DNA from: an uncultured delta proteobacterium
GTDB lineage: Bacteria > Myxococcota_A > Polyangia > Fen-1088
Length of the DNA stretch: 64,000 bases
Assembly: GCA_963755125.1 (NCBI GenBank)
Contig: CAVWIP010000018.1
Span: 160,001-224,000 of the forward strand
Direction: 5' to 3'
Shown here piece by piece: positions 9,443-17,504 of the stretch. Both the position numbers and the translations under genes were made by a program. Under the pieces are notes generated by a model, which was not told the DNA's origin, ran no database searches, and saw only the letters and a program-made list of their open reading frames with translations. Every line of letters starts with the position of its first letter. Position 1 is the first letter of the stretch.

Positions 9443-10948
9443 CTAATTGGTCCAACCCGACTGGATTATGGCGAGTGTGGCGGCGTTGTTCACAGTGAGC
9501 GTATAGTTCGGCGCCGTGCCGCTCAGCTTGGCAATGCCGCCGGTGCCTTCCAAGCCCGCCCAGTAGCAGCTTCCCATTCCATAGGCTTTCATCTGGGTGG
9601 TAAGGCCCGTCAGGAAGGCAGTGCCGCCGGCGTATTCACTGACGACGGTCCGGTTGTAGTACTGGCCCACGTGCGTCTTGAGGTTCGCCTCCGCAGTTGC
9701 CGCAGTTTCCGTGTTGTTGTCATAGATATGAATATTGAGGAGACAGTCGGGGAGGGCGGCCCCTTGTGCCAGGACGTCGATGTCAGTCTGGTATCCAGCC
9801 ACGAGAACCCGATTCGCGGGAACGCTCGGGTTTGCCGTCATCCAATTCTCGACGAGGGTGATGAAGTCAGCCGAACTGTATCCTGAGGGTTCGTTGAAGA
9901 CGTCGAAATAGACCAGATCGTTGGTTCCGTATGCAGCAACGACGGTACTCCACATGGTATTCCACGTGGTCATGTTGGCTATATGATTGCTGCCCGGCGG
10001 CAACCAGTACGCAACTATCACCTTCATGTTTTGGCTGATAGCCGCATCGAAAATGCCCTTGTAGGCGGCCCACGTGGTAGCTGTGTTGACCGTTGTTTCG
10101 TTGATCGGCATGCGGAATGCGGTCGCGTTCAGCACAGTCTTGAATCCTGAGATGATCGCATTGGACGAGGCCAGAACGGTGGCGTAGTCGTCCGTGGCAG
10201 CCAGTCCGGTCAGCACGAGCGCCCCGGTTTGGAAGTTATCGCCCGGGTCGGCCCAGTTGAAGCAATGGATGCCGGCTGACTCCGACGCCAGGAGGCCGCC
10301 GTCCCCGACCGCGATGCTGCCGCCAGACGCTGTGGCCCCGCCCGCACCGGCGGTGCCGCCCGTGGGATTCGAGCCACCGGCGTTCCCACCGCTGGCCGTA
10401 GTCCCGCCAACAACTGTGTTCCCGCCCCTAGCGCCGCCAGTTCCTCCGATGGCCGTGCTGCCGCCTGCCCTTCCCCCGGTGGGCGTCGAGCCGCCCATTG
10501 CCGTGTTTCCCCCAGGCGCCGTGCTGCCGCCTGCCCTTCCCCCGGTGGGCGTCGAGCCGCCCATTGCCGTGTTTCCCCCAGGCGCCGTGGTCACGCTAGT
10601 TGCGCTGGAGCCGCCCGTAACTGTGGATCCGCCGGTGGCGGTGGAGGCGCTGCTCGTGGTGACGCCTCCCGCCGTCCCGCCCGCGCTAGTCGAACTGTTT
10701 GGTGGCTGGGTGCTTCCCCCCGGCGCGACCGTCGTTGCCGCCGTCGTCTGGATCGCCGAGTTGCCACCCATCGCAACGGAACCAGCAGCGCTCGTGACGC
10801 CGCCACCTCCGGCCGCCGCAGCGCCGCCCGTGCTGCCGCCGCTCCCCTTTCCTGAAGTGCCGTTGCTGGAGCATGCGCCCAGAGCCACGGCCAGTGACAG
10901 ACCTGCCAATCCCGCGAGCCGAATCGAACGCCGATTGTGGGAAGTCAT
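9443..10948 (-). CDS. GH5-type glycoside hydrolase lipoprotein with long Gly/Thr/Ser linker (paralog 2)
   Basis: Start MTSHNRR at 10948 after AGGAGG; LGAC lipobox; NWADPGDNF, FRMPINE, VFNEP, HIY, SEY; clearly homologous to the neighbouring gene. Confidence 0.85.
   Translation of the reverse strand: MTSHNRRSIRLAGLAGLSLAVALGACSSNGTSGKGSGGSTGGAAAAGGGGVTSAAGSVAMGGNSAIQTTAATTVAPGGSTQPPNSSTSAGGTAGGVTTSSASTATGGSTVTGGSSATSVTTAPGGNTAMGGSTPTGGRAGGSTAPGGNTAMGGSTPTGGRAGGSTAIGGTGGARGGNTVVGGTTASGGNAGGSNPTGGTAGAGGATASGGSIAVGDGGLLASESAGIHCFNWADPGDNFQTGALVLTGLAATDDYATVLASSNAIISGFKTVLNATAFRMPINETTVNTATTWAAYKGIFDAAISQNMKVIVAYWLPPGSNHIANMTTWNTMWSTVVAAYGTNDLVYFDVFNEPSGYSSADFITLVENWMTANPSVPANRVLVAGYQTDIDVLAQGAALPDCLLNIHIYDNNTETAATAEANLKTHVGQYYNRTVVSEYAGGTAFLTGLTTQMKAYGMGSCYWAGLEGTGGIAKLSGTAPNYTLTVNNAATLAIIQSGWTN
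10452..10589. repeat. Perfect 66-bp tandem duplication in the GH5 linker
   Basis: gccgtgctgccgcctgcccttcccccggtgggcgtcgagccgcccattgccgtgtttcccccaggc occurs at 10452 and 10518 (APGGNTAMGGSTPTGGRAGGST x2). Confidence 0.9.
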
Positions 10949-11290
10949 CTCGAAACCTCCTGTCTTGAAACGGTCCTCTTGTAAATGTGCTGACGGCAGC
11001 AGGATCTTCTCTCGATCTCTTGAACTGAGTGATTGCGCACGCCCCCGTGTCACAAAGAACCTGCCACCTTCGCAGTAGCGCTTGGCGCGTTTTCGGTCCA
11101 AACGGCCTGCTCCCCGCTGACAGACGGCGTCAGACCCCGAGCGTCGTGCCGCTGCGTCCTATTGGCGTCGCGTCTTGGCGCACGCCGCAGAGATTCTTTG
11201 TGAACGCTGAGGTGAACGAAGTCGCCCGCTCGCTTGAGGAAGTCAGGCTACGCTGTCATCGCCCAGACAATCAGGTTACAAAGGGCGCGC

Positions 11291-13237
11291 ATGGCCCTGT
11301 TTCAGAAGCCGGCACGCACGCCTGATGAGATCGCGCGCAGTCGCCCGCTCGACGTCTCGCCCACCGAGGTGGCAACCCTCGACGAGGACGAGTGGTACCG
11401 CCGGGTATTCCGCGGCGACGAGGTCCCGCAGCTAACCCTGCGCGCCGTGGTCCTGGGCTCGATGCTCGGGTTCCTGCTCGCGTTCACCAATCTTTATGTT
11501 GGCCTGAAGACTGGCTGGGGCTTGGGCGTGGCGATCACGGCGTGCATCGTCTCGTTTGCCCTGTGGAACGCCTGCCTGAAGGTCGGCCTGGCGCGCACGC
11601 CGCTGTCTATCCTCGAGAGCAACTGCCTGCAATCCACGGCCTCGGCCGCAGGGTATTCCACCGGCAGCACCATGGTCTCCGCCACCCCGGCGCTGCTCTT
11701 GCTCAGCGTGACCCCGCAGGAGCCGACGGGCCACCATCTGCCCTGGGCCGTGCTGGCGGGCTGGACTTTCTTCCTGGGCATGCTGGGCGTGGCCCTAGCC
11801 GTGCCCATGAAGCGCAACATGATCAATCAGGAACGCCTGCGCTTTCCCTCGGGCATCGCCGCAGCCGTCACGCTGCAGTCGCTCTTCAACCACGGCCGCG
11901 AGGCAGCCGCCAAAGCCAGGGCGCTGTTCTACGCGGCGCTGGTGGCGGGCGTGCCGCCAATCATCATGGACCTGCCTTTGCGCGTAGGCGACACGCCCGG
12001 CGCCCGCAAGGGCCTGGTTCCGGACACTTCGCCCGTCTTCAATTGGTTGCCCACGCGAGGCACCAACCCGAAAACCGGCGCTGCCTTCAGCGCAGCCGAC
12101 TGGAACATCCTGCTCGACAACAAGCTGGTCATGATTGCGGCCGGCGCGCTGACCGGGCCGCGCATCTGCCTGTCCATGGTCGCCAGCAGCGTGCTGCTCT
12201 GCTACTGGCTCGGCCCGGCCGGGCTGGCCTCGGGCGCCGTTCACAATCCTGCCCATGCGTGGCGCGAGATTGGGGTCTGGGTGGGCGCGCCCATGATGAT
12301 CGCAGCGGGTTTGCTCAGTTTCGCCCTGCAGGGACGCACGCTCGGCCGCGCCCTGCGCAGCCTGGGCACGCGCGGCGGCCCGCAAGGCCATGCCGCCGCT
12401 GAAGTGCCGGGAACCTGGTTCGCGGCTGGCACGGCCGTGGGCACAGTGGGCGTGCTGGCCATCGGCCACATGCACTTTGGCATTCCCTGGCACCTGGGCC
12501 TGCTGGCCGTGTTGCTGACGTTCTTCCTGTCGCTGGTGGCTTGCCGGGCCACCGGCGAGTCCGACATCACGCCCATCGGCGCGCTCGGCAAAATCACGCA
12601 ACTCGTGTACGGCGTGCTCATTCCCCAGAACGCAACCGCCAACCTCATGACTGCCAGTATCACGGCCAACGCCGCAGCCTCCAGTGCGGACCTGTTGACC
12701 GATCTGAAGTCAGGCTATTTGCTCGGCGCCCATCCGCGCCGGCAGTTTGTGGCCCAGTTTCTCGGCATCTTCGCCGGCACCGCAGCGACGGTGCTCGGCT
12801 TTCGCCTGCTGGTGCCCGATGCCACGGCCCTGACCGGAACCGCGACCAGTCCTGCCGCATTCCCCGCGCCCGCGGCCCAGGCCTGGCTGGCCGTGGCCCA
12901 GGTTTTTCAGAAGGGGCTGCAGAACCTGCACCCGATGGCTCGCACCTGCATCTGGTGGGGACTTGCCACCGGGGCCCTGCTGATCGTGGTCGAGCTTGCT
13001 CTGCCGAAGTATCGTAAGTGGCTCCCCTCTCCCACCGGCCTTGGCCTGGGTTTCATCTTGCCCTTCTTCAACCCCTTTTCCATGTTGCTGGGCGCGGTTC
13101 TGGCCTGGCTCTGGTCACGGCACAGTCACGCGCATGCCGACCGCTACGTGGTTCCCGTGGCCTCCGGGATCATCGCCGGCGAATCCATCGTCAGCGTTGC
13201 CATCGCGCTGGTGAACAATCTCCTCTTCCGGCACTGA
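11291..13237 (+). CDS. OPT family oligopeptide transporter
   Basis: QLTLRAV...NLYVGLKTGW, ESNCLQSTASAA, LRFPSGIAAA, DLKSGYLLGAHPRRQ, ASGIIAGES; polytopic membrane protein. Confidence 0.92.
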   Translation: MALFQKPARTPDEIARSRPLDVSPTEVATLDEDEWYRRVFRGDEVPQLTLRAVVLGSMLGFLLAFTNLYVGLKTGWGLGVAITACIVSFALWNACLKVGLARTPLSILESNCLQSTASAAGYSTGSTMVSATPALLLLSVTPQEPTGHHLPWAVLAGWTFFLGMLGVALAVPMKRNMINQERLRFPSGIAAAVTLQSLFNHGREAAAKARALFYAALVAGVPPIIMDLPLRVGDTPGARKGLVPDTSPVFNWLPTRGTNPKTGAAFSAADWNILLDNKLVMIAAGALTGPRICLSMVASSVLLCYWLGPAGLASGAVHNPAHAWREIGVWVGAPMMIAAGLLSFALQGRTLGRALRSLGTRGGPQGHAAAEVPGTWFAAGTAVGTVGVLAIGHMHFGIPWHLGLLAVLLTFFLSLVACRATGESDITPIGALGKITQLVYGVLIPQNATANLMTASITANAAASSADLLTDLKSGYLLGAHPRRQFVAQFLGIFAGTAATVLGFRLLVPDATALTGTATSPAAFPAPAAQAWLAVAQVFQKGLQNLHPMARTCIWWGLATGALLIVVELALPKYRKWLPSPTGLGLGFILPFFNPFSMLLGAVLAWLWSRHSHAHADRYVVPVASGIIAGESIVSVAIALVNNLLFRH

Positions 13238-13240
13238 GAT

Positions 13241-14164
13241 TCACTCGATGGTTTTGCCCAACCGGGACCAGCGCAGACCCTCGCCTGCCCGGTAGGAAAA
13301 CAACACCTGCCTGGCCACAGCCTTCACGTCAGCCACGGGCACGACGCCAAACTGGCGCGAGTCGATCGAGGAGCCGCGGTTGTCGCCAAGAACGAAGACC
13401 TGCGCGTTGGGCACCACCAGGCTGAGCTGGTTTGCGACCATGTCCTTCTTCCACAGGACCGTGTAGGCGCCGCGATCGCTGGATTCCCGGTACGCCCAAT
13501 GGTCGGCGAGCAATCGATCGCGCAGTGAACTGCCCAACCCCTGGACCTCGACGCCGCGTAGTTGGCGGCCGTTCACCCGCAGGGAAGTCCCGTCAATTTC
13601 AATGGTGTCACCGGGCAAGCCGATGATCCGCTTGACGAAGATCATGGTGCGGTTGTTGGGATAGACGAAGAGGGCCACGTCCCCGCGCGCGAGCGGAATG
13701 CCGCCCGGACGGTTCACTCGCTTGTCGGCCAGGAAGCGATCCCCGGGCTCGATGGTGGGCAACATGCTGGCGGTCGGCGCCTGGAAGGTTTCCAGCAGGT
13801 TGTCCCGCGCATAGGCGGTAAAGGGCGCGAGCACGAAGAGATAAGCGACGAACGCCGCCAACAAATAGACCAGGGGCCGCTGCCAGGGACGCAGTCCCTG
13901 GTCCGCCTGCCGGGCGCAGCGCCAGGCATCGCGCACCGACCAGGCGTACAGCCCGACGCCTGCCAGCGCTCCCAGGCACACGACCAAGGAGAGCCATCGC
14001 ACGGGAACAGCCAGCGCCAGCCTGCCGGTCAGCACCGGCAAGAGAGCCACGCCGAGCAGCGCGCCCAAGCCGCGGGCAAGCGGTCCGGCGTACACATGGC
14101 CCAGTCCCGGCACCAGCAACCCAGCGGCCAGAGCCAACGCTGGCAAACGACGCGACGTTTTCAT
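13241..14164 (-). CDS. lepB: Signal peptidase I with an extended multi-TM N-terminus
   Basis: TASMLPTIEPGDRF (Ser), FVKRIIGLPGD (Lys), GDNRGSSIDSRQFG; about four N-terminal hydrophobic segments; start overlaps the anti-sigma stop (ATGA). Confidence 0.9.
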   Translation of the reverse strand: MKTSRRLPALALAAGLLVPGLGHVYAGPLARGLGALLGVALLPVLTGRLALAVPVRWLSLVVCLGALAGVGLYAWSVRDAWRCARQADQGLRPWQRPLVYLLAAFVAYLFVLAPFTAYARDNLLETFQAPTASMLPTIEPGDRFLADKRVNRPGGIPLARGDVALFVYPNNRTMIFVKRIIGLPGDTIEIDGTSLRVNGRQLRGVEVQGLGSSLRDRLLADHWAYRESSDRGAYTVLWKKDMVANQLSLVVPNAQVFVLGDNRGSSIDSRQFGVVPVADVKAVARQVLFSYRAGEGLRWSRLGKTIE

Positions 14165-14511
14165 GGCGATCCTCCGAGACTGAGGCTGGGGACAAGCACC
14201 CGCAGCACGAAGCGAAAGAGATTGAACAGCGAAAACACTGCGCCCACCTGGACCAGACCCACCTGCACCCAGCGCCGCTCGAACCAACGCAGGGGTGCGA
14301 CAGGGTTGGCCTGGTCCGCGATGGCAGCCATCACCCGATCCGCGAATCCCTCGGGCACCGCTACTGCCGAGCCGTCGTGCAAGAGCGCATCCAGTTGGCC
14401 CCAGGATTCGATGACGGCGCTGCAGGCAACGCAGACGGCAGCATGCGCGCTCTCGACGGGTCCGAGGCTCTCACCATGGACGACCATTTCTTGCACTTGA
14501 TTGCAGTCCAT
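14161..14511 (-). CDS. Putative membrane anti-sigma factor (zf-HC2 type)
   Basis: MDC...HAAVCVAC (HxxxCxxC), VPEGFADRVMAAI, one C-terminal TM helix; directly downstream of the ECF sigma. Confidence 0.8.
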   Translation of the reverse strand: MDCNQVQEMVVHGESLGPVESAHAAVCVACSAVIESWGQLDALLHDGSAVAVPEGFADRVMAAIADQANPVAPLRWFERRWVQVGLVQVGAVFSLFNLFRFVLRVLVPSLSLGGSP

Positions 14512-15054
14512 TCAGCTCTCCTCTGCCAAGACCGCGCGCAGTAGTTCGCGCGCGCGGAAGATCCGAGACTTCACCGTGCCCACAGCGCAGCTCTCGACCG
14601 CCGCGGCTTCCTCCAGGGAAAGGCCCTCGACCCGCGTGAGCAGCAAGGCCACGCGCAGCACTTCGGGCAATTGCGCGAGAGCCTCGCGCAGACGTCGCTG
14701 TGCCTGGTTGGCAACCGCCCGCTCTAGCGGATCGGGAGCAGGATCCGCCAGCACGGGCGCTGCTTCCAGTGCCTGGCATTCGCGCTGGCGGTGCGCGCGG
14801 GTCGCCTCGTTGGCGGCCAGATTGCGGACCATCGTGAAAAGCCAGGTGGAGAACTTGGCCCGGCTGGGGTCGAAATCACTGAGGTGCCGGTAGGCGCGCA
14901 GGAATGCCTCTTGCGCGAGATCCTCGGCCGCCTGCCCGCCAAAGCCGAGCACGCCCAAGAAGCGAAACACACACCGCTGGTGGCGCAGTACCAGCAAACG
15001 GAAGGAATCCTGCTGGCCGGCGAGCGTCTGGCTTATGAGGAAGGAATCCTCCAT
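14512..15054 (-). CDS. ECF (sigma70 group 4) RNA polymerase sigma factor
   Basis: AEDLAQEAFLRAY, KFSTWLFTMVRN (region 2) and GLSLEEAA...VGTVKSRIFRAR (region 4). Confidence 0.93.
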   Translation of the reverse strand: MEDSFLISQTLAGQQDSFRLLVLRHQRCVFRFLGVLGFGGQAAEDLAQEAFLRAYRHLSDFDPSRAKFSTWLFTMVRNLAANEATRAHRQRECQALEAAPVLADPAPDPLERAVANQAQRRLREALAQLPEVLRVALLLTRVEGLSLEEAAAVESCAVGTVKSRIFRARELLRAVLAEES

Positions 15055-15068
15055 TGGCGTCCTTCTGC

Positions 15069-15096
15069 TTATACCGCTGGCGACGCAGAAGGTTCC
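15069..15096 (-). promoter_or_regulatory. Putative ECF-type autoregulatory promoter
   Basis: GGAACC-16 nt-GTATAA, 14 nt upstream of the sigma ATG; matches the general ECF AAC / GT(A) pattern. Confidence 0.55.
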
Positions 15097-15192
15097 CGCC
15101 GGCGCACGTGCAAACAATTTCCCATCGCGCGGTCAACGTGGATGTCGCACTCCAGACGCGCGTGGGATCCCAATCCAGCCTATGATGGCGGC

Positions 15193-16422
15193 GTGCCTTC
15201 GGGTGCCACGTTCCGCTCGCGCCTGCTCATCTTCGGCGGGCTCTACTTTGCCCAGGGTGTGCCCTGGGGCTTTTTCACCGTGGCCATCGCTCTCCGCCTC
15301 ACCTCGCTGGGTGTGTCCCCCGCTGGGCTCGGCGATCTGATGTTCGTGGCCTCGCTGCCCTGGGCGGGCAAGCCGGTGATCGGTTTGGTGGTGGACCGCC
15401 TTTCCTTCGGCCGACTGGGCCGACGGCGACCTTTCATCTTGCTGGCCGAGGCTGGCATGGCGCTCAGCCTGCTGGCCATGGCCTTCGCGAACCCGATCGC
15501 CGACCGGTCGTGGTTCTCGGCCCTGCTCTTCGCTCACAATCTTCTGGCCGCGGCCCAGGATGTCGGAACCGACGCGCTGGCCATCGATCTTCTGGCCGAG
15601 AATGAGCGCAGCCGCGCCAACGGCATCATGTCCGCGGGCAAGTTCGCCGGAGTGGTGCTGGGCGGCCAGGGACTGCTCTGGATGGCGAGCGTGGCAGGCT
15701 GGCCGACTGCCTACGGCCTGGCCATCGCGCTGCTGCTGGTGCCAGCCACGCTGGTGCTCGGCGTGCGCGAGTCGCCCGTGCCCGCGCAACGCCCGCGCCT
15801 GCTCGGTCTGGCCCTGCGCGCCTTCTCCAGCCGGGTGGTGCTGCTTGCGGCCTGCTTCGCTCTCATCGTGGACCTGGCCGACAGCTTCACCTTCCCGCTT
15901 ACCTACCCCCTCTTTCGCAATCAACTCGGCTTTTCCGAACAGCAGGTGGCGTCGCTGGCCACCATCGGGGGAATAGTGGGCGCCCTGGGTTCGCTCTTGG
16001 GCGGCGTGCTGGGCGATCGCTTGGGCTGTCGCCGCACGCTCCTGGGCGCGTGCCTTACAGTGGCCGGACTCAACCTCGGGTTTGCCGCGTGCCGCAGGCT
16101 CTGGGGCTACTTTCCCCTGCTGCTCGCTTACACCGCGGTGGAAGGAATCATGGTGGGCGTGGTCTACGCCACCACGCTGGCGCTCTTCATGGATCTCACC
16201 AATCCGCGCCTGGCCGCCACGCAGTTCCAGATCTACATGGCGCTGCTCAACATCAAAGACGCATTGGCGCAGAAGGTGGGCGGACGCCTGGCCGAGCGTC
16301 TGCCAGCACCGATGATGTTCGGCCTGAGCGCGATCATCGAGTTGGTGCCGCTCTTGCTTCTGCCTTGGCTTGACGCGCGTCGCGCGCGGGCCGACTTCGC
16401 CCACGACGCAGAGAACACCTGA
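15193..16422 (+). CDS. AmpG-like MFS transporter
   Basis: LYFAQGVPWGFF, LPWAGKPVIGLVVD, GRRRPF, AAQDVGTDALAID, AATQFQIYMALLN. GTG at 15193 lies 6 nt after TATGAT; start uncertain. Confidence 0.85.
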   Translation: MPSGATFRSRLLIFGGLYFAQGVPWGFFTVAIALRLTSLGVSPAGLGDLMFVASLPWAGKPVIGLVVDRLSFGRLGRRRPFILLAEAGMALSLLAMAFANPIADRSWFSALLFAHNLLAAAQDVGTDALAIDLLAENERSRANGIMSAGKFAGVVLGGQGLLWMASVAGWPTAYGLAIALLLVPATLVLGVRESPVPAQRPRLLGLALRAFSSRVVLLAACFALIVDLADSFTFPLTYPLFRNQLGFSEQQVASLATIGGIVGALGSLLGGVLGDRLGCRRTLLGACLTVAGLNLGFAACRRLWGYFPLLLAYTAVEGIMVGVVYATTLALFMDLTNPRLAATQFQIYMALLNIKDALAQKVGGRLAERLPAPMMFGLSAIIELVPLLLLPWLDARRARADFAHDAENT

Positions 16423-16453
16423 TCGGGCGTCACGCCTACCAGATCCTGTAGTC

Positions 16454-17476
16454 CTAGAACGATCCAGCGCAGTTGATACCAAACGGACTCACGGCGCAGT
16501 TCATGGCACTGTGGTCCTTGGCGGCAGGGGGCCGAGATTCCCAGGACAGGATGCCGATGAGGGCCATGGTCAGGGCCGCGGCCCCCGTCCCCACCGTTGC
16601 ACCGATGGCGATGTTGCGCTGGGTCTTGATGGAGGATTCGTCGGTGCATTGCCAGCCGGCCGCGGGACTGCGACAGGAACTGAGTTCGGAATTCCGGTTG
16701 ATCCAGTAGATGCCGGACCCGATCGCCAGCGCCGCGGCACCTCCACTGGCCCAAAGCCACGCAGCTGCTGCCCCGTTCGACGGCACCACGGGTGCTGACT
16801 GTTTGGCGGTCCCCACCGGAGCGGCCCCGACGGCCGCCGGACGCGCCTCCGCAGGCGCCGCCCGTTCGAGCGTCACGACGAGTTCCTTTCGCTCACCACC
16901 GCGGACCGTGATGGGAAGCGAGCGAACCGCCATGCCGTGCGCGCTGGCTTCCACCGTGTGCGTGCCGAAGCCGAACACTAGCGTCCCGTCGGGCTCGAAT
17001 TCCGGTGCGTGACCGTCGATGATCACGCGCGCATTCGGCGGCGTGACCTTCAGGCTATACACATCCACGAACATGCGGCTGCGATCGAGCAAATCCTGCG
17101 TGTGCTTGCGCTGTTCAGGGGAGAGCGGCTTGCGTTGGTCTTGCAGGGCCGCCGACAGGTTGCGCACGGCCGAGACGTAGTCGCGCAGTTCAAACGAGGT
17201 CATGCCGATGCCACGGAAGGTGCGGGCGTTGGGGCTGATCTCGTGGGCGCGCCGGAAAAGACTGCGTGCTTCCTCAAAATGGCGGGCGTCGTATTCAGCC
17301 AGTCCGTCCTCGATGGTTTTTCGGTAGGCAGGCTGTTCGGTGGCATCCGCCGCAGGCCGGGACTGGGTCGGTTTGTCGGCCGCACGCGCGGTCGGCAGCA
17401 GGATGGTCGAGCAGAGGACCGCAAGTGTTAGCGCGATCCCTCGCGATGGCTCAAATGAGTAAAGCTCTCTGTGCAT
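16454..17476 (-). CDS. Secreted TPR + PEGA domain protein with C-terminal hydrophobic hairpin and terminal Phe
   Basis: Signal peptide ending ARA-A; TPR helices (GLAEYDARHFEEARSLFRRAHEISPNARTFRGIG); PEGA-like LKVTPPNARVIIDG...GTHTVEASAHG; two Gly/Ala hydrophobic helices; ends CAVSPFGINCAGSF. Confidence 0.8.
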   Translation of the reverse strand: MHRELYSFEPSRGIALTLAVLCSTILLPTARAADKPTQSRPAADATEQPAYRKTIEDGLAEYDARHFEEARSLFRRAHEISPNARTFRGIGMTSFELRDYVSAVRNLSAALQDQRKPLSPEQRKHTQDLLDRSRMFVDVYSLKVTPPNARVIIDGHAPEFEPDGTLVFGFGTHTVEASAHGMAVRSLPITVRGGERKELVVTLERAAPAEARPAAVGAAPVGTAKQSAPVVPSNGAAAAWLWASGGAAALAIGSGIYWINRNSELSSCRSPAAGWQCTDESSIKTQRNIAIGATVGTGAAALTMALIGILSWESRPPAAKDHSAMNCAVSPFGINCAGSF

Positions 17477-17504
17477 TCCGGAGTCCATGGTGCCAGTGAT
17501 GGTA

